Shown: positions 37,677 through 51,989, numbered from the whole stretch's first letter. The stretch is DNA of 63,821 nucleotides, filler included, from Octopus bimaculoides (GCF_001194135.2; 5 parts of 5 records of this genome joined end to end with filler, not necessarily neighbours in it), one strand, 5' to 3'. Made by a program: numbers and translations. Notes: generated by a model from the letters alone, not told the origin.

Positions 37677-38385
37677 CACATACATATTCAGGACTAAGTA
37701 GGTGTTGTCGAAGTTGCTTTTCTTGTTCGAGTTAGTTTCCTTTTAATTCGATTCAGAGAAAGGAATGAATGGGTTCATCAGAGGTCTTAAAAGGTTAATG
37801 AAATACGAGAGAGAGAGAGAGATTATACAGAGTCAATAGACGCTGCTGTTGCTTGTCAACTATTTTATCGTCGGCTTATTTATTCAGATTTTTAATTTTA
37901 CTTGTTTGTTTTCGAACTATTTTCACCGAGTCACGGCAATGTTCGCGTTGTTGCACGATTTCGCTGTGTCATACAATACACCATACACCGCTGCACACAC
38001 CACGCTCAAACACGCACACATAGAGTCACACACCCTTACACAAATACACACACACACACACACACACAATCACAAATGTGCATATGAATACTTGTGTGTA
38101 TATGAATGTGTTTGTGTGTGTGTACGAGGCAGAGAGAGAGAGAGGGGGGAAGAGAGAGGGAGAGAGTGATAGATGGAGAGAGAGAAAGAGATTGAGTGTG
38201 TTTTTGCTAAGGAGAAATTATGATAAACACAAGTTTATATGATTTGTTCCTTACGTACTTTTCACCGTTGTGGCTGTTTGGAACTTCTGCAATGGATGTT
38301 ATCAGTACAACTGGCTACTTAAACACAATGGATCATCACAGGAACACTTTGTTGGATCATTTTAAAGAGATCAAATGTGTATATA

Positions 38386-38418
<33 letters not shown>

Positions 38419-38469
38419 GATTGACCGCTAGCCACTAAAGCTTTTTTTTAATTCTCTCTCTGTTTATTT

Positions 38470-40035
38470 CCACGTGTTCCTTACTCGAGAATATGTACTC
38501 TGGATATGTCGATGATGTCAACGTAGTGGTAAAGACAACCCCACAAGAGAGTGCTCTTGAAATAGAAATAGAAACTAATACTATGGAGAGCATCCAGCAA
38601 ATAGCTAACCCCATCCACCAGAGTATTAAGGTCACAATAAACTACCCTACTAAACAACCTACCCATAGACTACCAGTACTAGATACAGAACTCTGGCTGG
38701 AAACTGTGAATAATAAAACCCGAATCCTTTATTCACACTATGCCAAATCTATGGCCTCCAAATACCTGATAACTCAGCTATCGTGGACAATGCCAAATTC
38801 AATATATTGATGGCAGACCTCGTCAGAGTAATGCGAAATGTGTCTCGCATGTGCGACCCTACAAAGTTAAAGAGACATATACAACATTTCGTTCACCGCA
38901 TGCAGTTCTCAGGTTACAGCCATAAAGAAAGGATCAGAGTATACAAAGGAGCTATGAGGAAATTTGAAACCATCAAACGTAACGATAGGAATGGGATTTG
39001 TCCACTTTATAGGAGCAAATCATGGAACACCATTGAAAGGATTAAGAAGGAAATAGGGAAGGCCAACTCATGGTATGATAGCCGCAAATACCAGAGCGTC
39101 ATGTTTGTCGACACCACCCCTAGAGGCGAACTGGCGTACCGCTTTAGAAGGGCTCTAGACAAACTTAAGCTAAGAATTAAGGTTGTTGAAAGGCCAGGCA
39201 ACCCTATCAGATCCTTTATCGGAAGAACCTACCCTTTTTAATAGAACCCCCTTACCGATAGGAACTGTACTGTATGTAGATGTAGCCCACAAACAAACTG
39301 TAAAGCCAGAAATGTGGTCTATAGTATAAGATGTACAGAGGGACGATGCAGTAGCAAGACAACAACGTATGTAGGTGAAACAGCACGGAGCATAGGAGAG
39401 CGGGTAAATGGACATTGGAGGGAACTTAAGGAAGAGAAGAGCTCATCAGTTTTGTATCAGCACGCTGAGCAAGAACATGGAGGCTCACTCAACAACATAG
39501 AAATTAAAATCTTGTCCACATATAGAACAGACGCAGCGCTCAGACAAATTACAGAAGCTACACACATAATAGAAGATAAACCTAGCCTGAATAGGAAACT
39601 GGAATGGAACACTAGCACACACCCCCAACAAACCACAACATATGACAATAAAATCCCCATAAACTGATAACAATATGAACAAAATATAATACAATACGCA
39701 GATAAACAAATGGAATTAAATAACTACATACGTTAACAAAATTAAATTAAATACGGAAAAAAGTAGGTATAAACATATGAAGAAATAAATAAAAACAAAT
39801 TAAACGAACATGAATAAACAGGGGATACAGATAATACAGGCACCCCCCACACACATGCACTTACTAAACACAGACACACATAGGGGTATGTGCATGCGCA
39901 AATAAAGACACATACAATAGGAATACAAAATACAAAATGGCTGATCGTTAGTAAGGAGGGACACACAAATAAGAAAGAAGAAAGCAAAGGACCACTGATG
40001 AGGTCACAGTAGTGTGACGAAAGAACTCTGGCCGA
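38470..40035 (+). mobile_element. 5'-truncated Penelope-like retroelement (RT C-terminus, GIY-YIG, 3'UTR)
   Basis: YVDD RT motif (SGYVDDVNVVV), LPVLDTELW, MQFSGYS, KVVERPG, CKARNVVYSIRC..TYVGETARSIGERVNGH..QITEATHI..LNRKLEW. Frameshifts near 38790 and 39240. Confidence 0.92.
39989..40033 (+). ncRNA. compact type I hammerhead motif
   Basis: GGACCA / CTGATGA (39995-40001) / G-GTCACA-GTAG-TGTGAC / GAAA (40019-40022) / G-AA-C / TC / TGGCC. Stem I GG(A)CCA:TGGCC; predicted cut after 40028. Confidence 0.7.
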
Positions 40036-41085
40036 AATATATGTGTGTGCGCGCGCGCGTGCATGTGTGTGTGTGTTTATGTGCGTTTATGTCTATGTTT
40101 GTTCCCACCGACCGCTTAACAACTGGTGTTGGTATNNNNNNNNNNNNNNNNNNNNNNNNNNNNNNNNNNNNNNNNNNNNNNNNNNNNNNNNNNNNNNNNN
40201 NNNNNNNNNNNNNNNNNNNNNNNNNNNNNNNNNNNNNNNNNNNNNNNNNNNNNNNNNNNNNNNNNNNNNNNNNNNNNNNNNNNNNNNNNNNNNNNNNNNN
40301 NNNNNNNNNNNNNNNNNNNNNNNNNNNNNNNNNNNNNNNNNNNNNNNNNNNNNNNNNNNNNNNNNNNNNNNNNNNNNNNNNNNNNNNNNNNNNNNNNNNN
40401 NNNNNNNNNNNNNNNNNNNNNNNNNNNNNNNNNNNNNNNNNNNNNNNNNNNNNNNNNNNNNNNNNNNNNNNNNNNNNNNNNNNNNNNNNNNNNNNNNNNN
40501 NNNNNNNNNNNNNNNNNNNNNNNNNNNNNNNNNNNNNNNNNNNNNNNNNNNNNNNNNNNNNNNNNNNNNNNNNNNNNNNNNNNNNNNNNNNNNNNNNNNN
40601 NNNNNNNNNNNNNNNNNNNNNNNNNNNNNNNNNNNNNNNNNNNNNNNNNNNNNNNNNNNNNNNNNNNNNNNNNNNNNNNNNNNNNNNNNNNNNNNNNNNN
40701 NNNNNNNNNNNNNNNNNNNNNNNNNNNNNNNNNNNNNNNNNNNNNNNNNNNNNNNNNNNNNNNNNNNNNNNNNNNNNNNNNNNNNNNNNNNNNNNNNNNN
40801 NNNNNNNNNNNNNNNNNNNNNNNNNNNNNNNNNNNNNNNNNNNNNNNNNNNNNNNNNNNNNNNNNNNNNNNNNNNNNNNNNNNNNNNNNNNNNNNNNNNN
40901 NNNNNNNNNNNNNNNNNNNNNNNNNNNNNNNNNNNNNNNNNNNNNNNNNNNNNNNNNNNNNNNNNTATATATACAGATAGATGTAGGTATGCACATACCT
41001 GTACGTATATATGCATATACTCATTTATTATTTGTTTTATATATATATATATATATACATATATATGTATATGTGTGTGTGTGTT

Positions 41086-41136
<51 letters not shown>

Positions 41137-41331
41137 ATGTCTGTGTTTGTCCCCTCCCACCGCTTGACAACCGGTGTTGATATGTTTACGTCCGTCACCT
41201 AGCAGGTCGGCAAAAGATACCGATAGATACCAGGCTTAAAATCTAAATAAGTAGTGAAGTCAATTTGTTCGACTAAAATTCTTGAAAGCAGTGCCCCAGC
41301 GTGGCCGTAGTTCAATAACTGAAGCAACTAA

Positions 41332-41362
<31 letters not shown>

Positions 41363-41739
41363 TTGGGTTTTCAAATCAAAGTAAACGGAGAAAACCTTTT
41401 GCGATATAAGAGTGTGCATATCAGCGGAATACTCGACCACCTCGTTAACTTTTCAAGGGTAATAAGAGGGGTTATTCACTTAGTTCAACTACAGAATATT
41501 CACCGTCGAGACCGACGGAAACTCTACCACCACCACCACCACCATCACCACCACTACCACCACCACCACCACCACTACCACCACCACCACCGCCATTNNN
41601 NNNNNNNNNNNNNNNNNNNNNNNNNNNNNNNNNNNNNNNNNTTAATTAATTAANNNNNNNNNNNNNNNNNNNNNNNNNNNNNNNNNNNNNNNNNNNNCAT
41701 GTCCATCGCAGCGTTACTCAAGAAACAGGAAGAAATAGT

Positions 41740-41912
41740 GAGAGAAAGTTGGGTCGAAAGAGTACAACAGGGGTCGCCACCACCCCCTGGCGGAGCCTCA
41801 TGGAGCTTAGGTGTTTCGCTCAATAAACACAAACAACGCCCGGTCTGGGAATCGAAACCGCGATCCTCCGACCGCGAGTCCGCTGCCCTAACCACTGGGC
41901 CATTGCGCCTCC
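41740..41912 (-). mobile_element. tRNA-derived SINE 5' part with well-preserved pol III A and B boxes
   Basis: Minus strand GGAGGCGCAATGGCCCAGTGGTTAGGGCAGCGGACTCGCGGTCGGAGGATCGCGGTTTCGATTCCCAGACCGGGCG continues into non-tRNA body sequence. Confidence 0.8.
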
Positions 41913-42519
41913 ACTCCTTTAAGTTTAATCAATGTGAATTTCAGAGTTCTCTCCTATGCTATTCTTGACAACAACGGTCACTAATGCCAATGGCTTTTCT
42001 TTTGGTTACAAGTGTAATTTCATAATTTAAGAATAATATTCTTATTCACTCACTCACCGCATTAAATATGTCACTCCACAGTTAATTAAATACTTTTCAA
42101 GCTGAAAGAGCAGTGCTTTTATTTTCCCGCTCAAATGCTTCTGCTTTATTTGACTACAACATAGATTATTAACAACTATTGTAAGGCAGGTTTTTTTTTT
42201 GGCAGGGGCTGGTGGTGGTGGTGCTGCTGCTTTTGCTACATTAACAAACACACCTGTTTCTGGTTTGTCACCAAACACAACTAGATTTCAGAGTTAAAAA
42301 AATTTGGTGTAGGAGGCACAAAAGCATAAAGAATAGGATTTGGGAAATATAAATGATTAAATCCAAGCTAACACTAAATAAATGCTCGAAGATCCAGTAC
42401 TAACTCGTGATAGTTACCACGGATAAGCGATTGTATTTCTGTGGTGTAGCCTGAGTGCGAACAGCCCGTGCAGCTCTTGAATTTGCAGTCCCTTCGGGGT
42501 CCCCAAGCCTATACAGCCT

Positions 42520-42790
42520 TATAACTGGCACTCCGTCGGTTACGATGACGAGTTCCAGTTGATCCGATAGATGGAACAGCCAACTCGTGAGATTAGCGCG
42601 CAGGTGGTTGAGCACTCCTCAGACACGCGTACTCTTAACGTAGCTCTCTGGAAGATCCAGCGTAACACAGAATGTGACAAGGTACACACAGGTACTACTT
42701 ATTTTTGCCAGCTGAGTGGACTGATGCAACGTGAAATAAAGGGTCTTGCCTGAGGGCACAATGTACGGCCGGGTATTGAGCGCACGTTCT
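42520..42790. mobile_element. second SINE-like family (..CAGCTGAGTGGACTG.GCAACGTGAAAT..GTCTTGC..) also at about 35020-35240 and 50150-50270
   Basis: Shared block seen at three loci. Confidence 0.65.
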
Positions 42791-43086
42791 TACGATTGTT
42801 CGTTTTTTTTTATAGTTCAGTATATTTTCTATCGTTTTCCTTTCCTGAACCGCTAAGTTACAGACATAAAAGACCAACACTATTCGAGCGGTGGGGGATG
42901 AACAAATACACACGTGTACATTTATATCTATCTAATATATATCTATGTGTGAGCGCGCGCATGAAAACCTTTGTTCAAGGTGTCGTGCAGTAGTACTGAA
43001 CCTAAAGCCATGTAGTTCCGAAGCAAATTTCTTTAACCACACAGCTATGTCTGCATCTAGTCACAACCATACTTACTTATATAGTA

Positions 43087-43290
43087 ATGGTTTCAAATTT
43101 GGGCACAAGGCCAGCATTTCTGGGGGAGAGGCTAAGTCGATTACATCGACCCCAGTTTTCGACTGGTACATATTTTATCGGCTTGGAAACGATGAACGGC
43201 AAGATCGACCTCGGTGGAATTTGAACTCAAAACAACGACGGAGGAAATGCCACTTAAGCATTTTGCCGGGCGTTCTAACGATTCTCTCAA
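43087..43290 (-). mobile_element. third SINE-like family; inverted relative at about 44130-44275
   Basis: GAGTTCAAATTCC.CCGAGGTCGA (B-box-like) and GGCCTTGTGCC blocks shared by both copies. Confidence 0.65.
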
Positions 43291-43724
43291 CTCGCATATG
43301 TATTAATAGTACAATATTGCATCATTTTTAAAGTACTTTGCAGCAAGTTTGTAATAGAAGCAATTATGGTGGTGGTGGTGGTGGTAGTAGGAGTAGCAAC
43401 AATGCCAACAGTGTTGTAATAAAATGACTTTCTTGATATGACATTATANNNNNNNNNNNNNNNNNNNNNNNNNNNNNNNNNNNNNNNNNNNNNNNNNNNN
43501 NNNNNNNNNNNNNNNNNNNNNNNNNNNNNNNNNNNNNNNNNNNNNNNNNNNNNNNNNNNNNNNNNNNNNNNNNNNNNNNNNNNNNNNNNNNNNNNNNNNN
43601 NNNNNNNNNNNNNNNNNNNNNNNNNNNNNNNNNNNNNNNNNNNNNNNNNNNNNNNNNNNNNNNNNNNNNNNNNNNNNNNNNNNNNNNNNNNNNNNNNNNN
43701 NNNNNNNNNNNNNNNNNNNNNGTG

Positions 43725-43760
<36 letters not shown>

Positions 43761-43767
43761 CACACGC

Positions 43768-43807
<40 letters not shown>

Positions 43808-45269
43808 CACATACACATACATACATACATGCATGCTCACACTGCGAACATATCTCACCACACACACACACGGCAATTTTACATGAATGCAGCAACAATT
43901 AAAATAAAACGATCAAAACTGGAACGTACAAAATTATTTTGTCCCTCTTAAATGACCGAAACGAATAAATAAATTCTCCGAAATAGCCGTGTGCTCTTCC
44001 TTCTCTTTCAATGAACTTTCGAAATGGGTGAACGAGTACAAGTACACTGAAGATTTTCAAATATTGGTTGGATTTCGTTAGCATTTTTCGTCCACAATTA
44101 TTACCGTTCATATTTGGCTCATTTTTTATGTTCTGAGTTCAAATTCCGCCGAGGTCGACTTTACCTTTCCTCCTTTCGGGATCGATAAATTAAGTACCAG
44201 TTGCGTACTGGATCGATCTAATTAACTGGCCCCTCCCCCAAAATTTCGGGCCTTGTGCCTAGAGTAGAAAAGAATATTTTGCTCATTTAATAAGCGACCC
44301 GATATTTTTCAAAGGGAAGTAATTATAAAGCTACAGAAATATAACTTCAGACACATTAATGTCTATCATTACTTGAAGAGTATTTTCCCTTTACATTACA
44401 ATAAAGATTTCTTCCATCATAATAGTTTGTTAAAAGAAAACTTGGTTCAAGACGTAATGCATAGNNNNNNNNNNNNNNNNNNNNNNNNNNNNNNNNNNNN
44501 NNNNNNNNNNNNNNNNNNNNNNNNNNNNNNNNNNNNNNNNNNNNNNNNNNNNNNNNNNNNNNNNNNNNNNNNNNNNNNNNNNNNNNNNNNNNNNNNNNNN
44601 NNNNNNNNNNNNNNNNNNNNNNNNNNNNNNNNNNNNNNNNNNNNNNNNNNNNNNNNNNNNNNNNNNNNNNNNNNNNNNNNNNNNNNNNNNNNNNNNNNNN
44701 NNNNNNNNNNNNNNNNNNNNNNNNNNNNNNNNNNNNNNNNNNNNNNNNNNNNNNNNNNNNNNNNNNNNNNNNNNNNNNNNNNNNNNNNNNNNNNNNNNNN
44801 NNNNNNNNNNNNNNNNNNNNNNNNNNNNNNNNNNNNNNNNNNNNNNNNNNNNNNNNNNNNNNNNNNNNNNNNNNNNNNNNNNNNNNNNNNNNNNNNNNNN
44901 NNNNNNNNNNNNNNNNNNNNNNNNNNNNNNNNNNNNNNNNNNNNNNNNNNNNNNNNNNNNNNNNNNNNNNNNNNNNNNNNNNNNNNNNNNNNNNNNNNNN
45001 NNNNNNNNNNNNNNNNNNNNNNNNNNNNNNNNNNNNNNNNNNNNNNNNNNNNNNNNNNNNNNNNNNNNNNNNNNNNNNNNNNNNNNNNNNNNNNNNNNNN
45101 NNNNNNNNNNNNNNNNNNNNNNNNNNNNNNNNNNNNNNNNNNNNNNNNNNNNNNNNNNNNNNNNNNNNNNNNNNNNNNNNNNNNNNNNNNNNNNNNNNNN
45201 NNNNNNNNNNNNNNNNNNNNNNNNNNNNNNNNNNNNNNNNNNATAATATGAATAATATATAAATATATG

Positions 45270-47312
45270 GCTTCATGCAGGCATAGCGTTGGTTCGATCC
45301 TCGATAGCCAAATTTCAATTAACAGTTCAACACCACTTTTCTCACGGTAAAACAATAGTTTTTCTTTGAGTGACGGCAGTTACATTTGCCAAATACCTTC
45401 GCTAAGCAGAATAATGTCTTTGCCACTTGGCCTTTCTAATCTCTTCTATGCCACCAAAAGCTAGAATAGAGATAACAGACCCCTAACGAAATCTGTTGTT
45501 CTCAACAGTATATGTCTATCCTTCTAGCTGGTTTTGGATATTTATAAAAACTAGAATTTGCTAAGGCAAAATCAAGAGCGACCATCAGTCAGTGAACAGA
45601 GACCAACTAGAGTGATGGCCACAAGCAGGCGGCCACTAAAGACAAACTGCTAGAGGGAGAAAGAAGGTTACAACCGGCCAACTATGAGACACAACTTCCC
45701 TCGACACTATAACTTTCACTAGCTCAATTCTTTTTTGTCTTATAACATCATTCTATCTCTATTTGTGGATTACTACTACGAGAACGTATACACACATACC
45801 GGCCGAAATTAACTCTTTTTACCTCGCATGCTTTTCTATTTACTAATTATACATACCAACCCGTCGTGGTTTTGGACATATACAAAGTAACGGTGAATAA
45901 ATATTTCTTTACAACTTCGATCACTGTTCTTCGTTTATCTTGCACACGTGCAACAGCAACACTAGTTACAATCGCTAACTGTCAACTCCAATATATATCA
46001 TACGAGGGGTGTATGAAAAATATTGAGCCTCAAAAAAAAAAACAAAAAAAAACATGAAACAAGACTTCTGATGATTTATTTTTCAACATAGTCCCCCTCG
46101 ATGGCTGAACACTTTCTCCAGCGGTGCTGAAGCGCCATTATCCCGGCGTAGAAGAACTCTTTTGTTTGAGACTCCAAGAAACTTCCTACAGCGTCTATAA
46201 CGTCATTGTCACTGGCAAAATGGCGACCAGCCAAGGCTATTTTCATTTTTGGAAATAGATGAAAGTCAGAGGGGGCTAAATCTGGCGAATAAGGCGGATG
46301 CGGAACAAGTTCGTATCCACTATCACGAATTGTTGCCATGGCAACCACTGAGGTGTGGGCTGGAGCATTGTCGTGATGAAAAAGGACTCCTCTGGTGAGC
46401 ATTCCCGGCCTTTTTTCTTTGATTGCTTCTCGGAGGCGTTTCAGTGGGTGAGAATAATACAACCCTGTCACGGTTTGACCCTTTTCAAGGTAATCGATCA
46501 GCAAGACACCTTGAGAATCCCCCAAAACGGACGCCATGACCTTGCCAGCTGAAGGAATGACCCGGGCCTTCTTTGGGGTAGGAGAAGATGTGTGCTTCCA
46601 CTGCTTTGATTGTTCTTTGGTTTCAGGCTGGTAGTGATGGACTCAACTTTCGTCCATAGTAATGAAACGAGCAAGAAAATTCTCTTCATCNNNNNNNNNN
46701 NNNNNNNNNNNNNNNNNNNNNNNNNNNNNNNNNNNNNNNNNNAGAAACCTTTGAGAACCCAAGTTCTTTTGTCACAATGTTGTCTGTACTCTCAGTTGAG
46801 ATGCCCAGTCTCTCGGCTATCAGACGACATAATATTCGGCGATCTTGCATTATCATACCAAGAGCAAGGTCAATGTTGTCCTCGGTGGTGGCAGTTGGAG
46901 GTCTCCTTGGTCTGAGATCATCTTCCACACTCTCCCTGCCACGCTTGAATTCATTTACCCAGCGTTTGACTGTTGCATATGAAGGAGCATTGTCTGTTAA
47001 GGTTCTCACCATATCTTCATGGATTTCTGATGAAGTCATGCCTTTCAAATGAAGGTACTTTATGACAGCACGATACTCAGTTTTCTCCATTTTCCTTGTA
47101 AACTCGAAGCTTGTTTATTCAAAAATCTGCAACAAAAAAAATTAAAATATCAGAATCATGAAAATGAGCAAGAATACTCCGAAAAGACTGTACTTACCAG
47201 GAAAAATTGTTTCAACAATAAAGCACCCTTGTTTCTAGGTTAGGCTCAAAACTTTTCATACACCTATCGTAATACAAACTGTTACACTGGCAACCAACCA
47301 ACTTCATTACCG

Positions 47313-47317
<5 letters not shown>
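45270..47317 (+). mobile_element. LTR-like dispersed repeat, copy 2, interrupted by a mariner
   Basis: 45270-46000 aligns with 28455-29076. After the mariner the sequence resumes with GTTACA-C-TGGCAACC and ends TTACCGTTACA plus (CA)n, as in copy 1. Confidence 0.55.
46003..47269 (-). mobile_element. near full-length mariner transposon (DD34D), inactivated
   Basis: TIRs CGAGGGGTGTATGAAAAATATTGAGCCT and AGGCTCAAAACTTTTCATACACCTATCG with TA on both sides (46001-46002, 47270-47271). MEKTEYRAVIKYL.., ITMDES*VH (W to stop), HHDNAPAH, YSPDLAPSDFHLF. Confidence 0.95.
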
Positions 47318-47373
<56 letters not shown>

Positions 47374-47374
47374 C

Positions 47375-47422
<48 letters not shown>

Positions 47423-47469
47423 ATATATCTATGTATGTATATATATATGCATGTATATATATATGCATG

Positions 47470-47504
<35 letters not shown>

Positions 47505-49220
47505 AACATACATATATACATGCATACACACACACACACGAAAGAGGGAAGCAAATTAGTCTCAACCGGGAATCGAAACTGTTTCAAGGATATAGCAATT
47601 AATGGCACTTGAATTTTTTTTTTATTATTTCACAACAATTTTGACAGTGGTACGTCAATGTAAATAGAATTGCTTTTCATTCACCTACAGAAAAATGGTT
47701 TCATCTTTGGAAGTGCTAAACAAGCTTACAATATAAATAGTCGTTTTCGTTACATCGAAGTGTTTTTAATTGCCAGACGCATACACCATATATCCTGTTG
47801 TCTGTTTTTATATTACTTACTTTTCCAGATTTACGTTGACGACTGAGGTAAAAGATAATTTCTTTCTTTAAATACGAAACTTCATTCTTTTCAAACATTA
47901 ACCTGCATCTCTTCAAATTAAACAGCATATATATTTTCTCCATGCGGCTAGCGCGGTTGCTGGACTTCGAGAACTTAGAAATATATTAAGGTTACCTTTT
48001 TTTTGTTTTTATCTCGCGAATATTTATTGTAAAATGGCTGTATGAAACTCTAGAAATTAACTTCTCTGACAATATTTCAAAATCCCGAGCGAATTAACTT
48101 TTTGTTAAGCTACTGTCAGTCGGCTTAGGGAACTCCTCAAAGGTTGAGACCTGCTACTGACTCCATGCAAACCAGAACTACCCGTTCCGTGGTCAGCGAC
48201 TAAACTGACTCCTCGATTTGAGTAGCTTGATACGCTTGTGTGGAGGCTGTCTAGACACCCAGCAGAGTTAATTTCAAGACCTGTGAAAGGGTGAACGGGC
48301 GCCTTGTGGGCTAACGGCCGTTCAACTAGGTAAGACATTGGAGAACCACCCTACTATCTCTGCCAAGAAGACCCTGCGTGAAAGTCGGAACGAAGTAACG
48401 CTATGGCTTCATCCAATGGCAGAACTCTCGCGTAAGATTCGGAGGCTTTCGTACCAGAGGTGTCGTTTTGTTTTGTGTCTTTGAGTTACTGGCAGTGTAA
48501 CTGACGTGCATTGCATTTTTTTATACTTTAAAGTTGCATTCCATTCCTCTGAGCCTTAAATGACTCTGTAAATCAATGGTGGTGTCAGCTCACGTTTACC
48601 TAACTACTATTCACATCGTTACTTTGTCTTTTGCTTATGGCCATTAGTTGTCACTATGCTTTAGTTTTTTTTTTCTTTCTCAGTCGTTTTCCATTTCGAA
48701 GTATTTTCATAGTAAACCCCCACTTTTTCCCCTATCCATTTTCCTTTCCCCCACTAAAACGCATTTAAATATTTCACGTTAAATTACCGGTCAATATTGT
48801 TATTGAAAACCTGGAATAAAACAATGTCATTCTTTCTGCATTTGTAGCCCTGAAGAAAACGAAATTTTATTAGCGAGTATTGCGTGCTAACATATTCAGT
48901 TTTCCCAATAAACATGGCTTCTGGATTTTCGGTTAGTATTAATTCTGAAATATTTTCTTTGACTGTACAATGGGTGAAAAGATACGGTACATACAAGATA
49001 CCACAGCAGAGATCGAAATGAAGACTAAAATATAATTTTAAGTTTTTATCGTGTGCTTAAAATCTGCATATCAATTGCTGACGTATTTCATTTTTTTCAA
49101 TATCAGTTAAAATATTCAAGCATGTGCAAAATTGAGTTTTCACACATTCATTGCAGAGTGGAATTTTTTCATCTGGCTTTTTATTTATTTTTTTTTTTTG
49201 CACCCTCCTTCCATTTAAGA

Positions 49221-49259
<39 letters not shown>

Positions 49260-51989
49260 ATTAAAGATTTACTCTAAACTTTTGACATTCTTTTTTAATT
49301 TAAAGAAAATCTGAAACTAAAGGTTGTAAAGATTTACAGCTGCAACAGTTAATCGTATGTAATAGGTTTTGATCTTTCGTCGTAAAACTTCGATATTTGT
49401 CAATCTTAACCAGACTTCAGTGATCCAGATGCAATACATAGTCTCGCATCCGGGCCTCTCCTTTGTGTGTGCATATACATACGGCGGGCGTCTTTCGGTT
49501 TCCGTCAACCAAGTCCACTCAAGCTTTGATCAGCGAGAGGCTCTGGGAAGATACTTACTTCCCAACCACATGGTTCCTTGGGCAAGCTTCCAGCAACACA
49601 GCCACGCCCGAGCCTAAGTTTCATATGACTTATATACACCTTTTAGCATTTTACTAGATTGCTACAATGGACCTTTAAAAGAGGGAGCAGTGCGCGTCTT
49701 AATTGTTAGAAGTTCCTGACATGTTGTCAAGCTTAGGACGTCGGATTCAAGGAACTGAGTTTATCTCCATAGAATTTTAACTACGTTAGTTGAGAGCTTA
49801 GTATGAATCGAAGCCTAAACTAATAATTGAATTTTGTTTAAAGTGAACCAATATGTCGCTCACTTTAGAGTATTTTTTAATGTATCTGAAGTGCTTTATA
49901 AAATCTTAACTGAAAAAGTTTCTATCGATCACTGGATTTTAGAAACTGAATTCATTTTGAGAATTGTTTCTGTTCTTACTCTAAGAACACATTTAACTGG
50001 GCGGGGTATATAATCACGTGATCACCCAGCCTATTGGATGTTAGACATCGCTTGTCACAATGCACTTTGCATCGCTTAAGCTTTCCAGCGATGCCACCCC
50101 GCTGGCTAGGTGAGCAGACAAGAGTCTCTCTGATCGGAAGGCCAGTCTGTGACAGGGTTGCTCATTTACATCTAGGCGGACTGGAGCAACGTGAAATGAA
50201 GCGTTTTTCCCAAGAGCACAATACGCACGCCACTCGCTCTGGGAATCGAACCCACGATTGTCACTCACTCGCTCGCTCGACTTCAAGAAGTAATCATTTG
50301 GATTCGTTAACTCAAACCAGTTGGACACCCAATTTGTAGAATAATTCGTTGATGCAATAATACCGCGTTCGGAATAGAATTGGTTTCCTTGAATTGTATG
50401 AGCATGCACTTGTGTTCCTACACTATATACAGTTTGTGTATTACAGGTTTTGTGTTGAAATAAAATTTTCCTGTATCACGATTACTGTTCCTGTTAACAA
50501 TGACAGCGATACATTCAGCGAGAAGCAGCCCATATTTGGTGACTGGAGTTGAAGCTGTTCGATGTTTTTTTTTTCTTCTCCTAATGACGTCATTATATCA
50601 AATCAGTTCAAACTTCTCAAAATAAACATATGCTTAATCTGAAAGTTTAACTATTACATAGTCCAAATTGTTACCTAATATACTGTGTTTATATTTTGAA
50701 TTATATTTATACATCGGATGGAGCTTCAAAATTGTTTTCAGTTGCAGTGAACCATTAAAAGTTTTGAAGAGAAATTAAAACCTAAAGAGATGCGTACATA
50801 CTTGACACATCTGACAGTTTCCTAGTGGCAGTCAAAATTACCTGCGTTTTCTTACTAGATCATAGTTTAGATTTTAACTCTTCAGTTTTGGTACCTTCAA
50901 ATGAGGCATGTTTTCTTTGAATTATGCTGTTTGTATGCAAATGTATTTGTGTATACGTTATGCTCATAGCCAGTTAATGATACTGAACGGTTTCATGCTA
51001 ATAAATTAGAATTGAGGTAAATTGGCAATCATCGGACATAACTGAATGGAAAAGTATGGCTTGCGCTGTTTGTTACAAGAACTTATTTTATATGAAATAG
51101 TTTTGTGCTTGGATACATGTCTTTATGTAATATCACTGTAACTCTGATCTGGAAGATATCGGTGAATCGCTCGATAGGTGGTCTACATAAGTAGAATTGA
51201 TTTATACGACGCACTTAGTCAACCATATCTTAATGGCAGTATTTTAAAAACCAACATTTAGAATATTCATATATACCTATAGAATTATAATTCGCCGATT
51301 CAGCTGTAATTATTTCGGAATAGTCTTGGTCGTCTTGAATCAAGTTGAATATCTAATGGATAATTTAGACGCATGCGTGTGATATATCTGTGATCAGTCT
51401 GTGGCACCGCCTTCATGTGTTTAGTCTAACACATCTGCTCCAGTTAAGCCCAACGCATCTGCCCCAGTTTAGCCCGGTAATTATTCTGCCAGCTGCTTTT
51501 GACCTGGTGCATGTTAAGACAATATAATCAATAGTGGGTGACAGCTACACTTTTAGATGTAATCGGTATGTTATAACATTAATGGGTGGGAAAATATTGG
51601 AAATGATAGATTAGCATACAAAACCTATCGAACGGGCCATATTCCTTTGAACTACATTGCAACTAGAACAGGTTTTATATACTCAGTCTTGTCGAGACTA
51701 TTCAGAAACTTGAGAAAAACTTACTATAAAAGCTGGCGGTAAAATTTCTCAGATTTACCAACCATTAATATTCCTACTCATTGAAGTTATAAAGATATTT
51801 AACTGCTCCCCCTCCATATTTTCCCTCGTTCCAGCTTTTTCTTATTTTTGGTTTCCTTCTGTATAAAGCTTGCATCCCTTCAGTCTGTTATGGTCTACAA
51901 GCTTGACACCAACGTTCAAATAGATTAAATATGTGCATATTATATTTAATGTATGCCTCCTTTGAGTTTTTGTGTATTGTTTCTTTCAG

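Noticed and set aside
41837-41912. Possible tRNA gene on the minus strand
   Set aside because: A and B boxes are present but the acceptor and T stems do not pair, and the sequence continues into a SINE body.
23466-45355. Long ORFs made of X or of CV/HT/YI/poly-Ser repeats (e.g. 23466-24949, 27632-28547, 40004-41180, 44356-45355)
   Set aside because: Artefacts of N-gaps and di- or trinucleotide repeats that lack stop codons.
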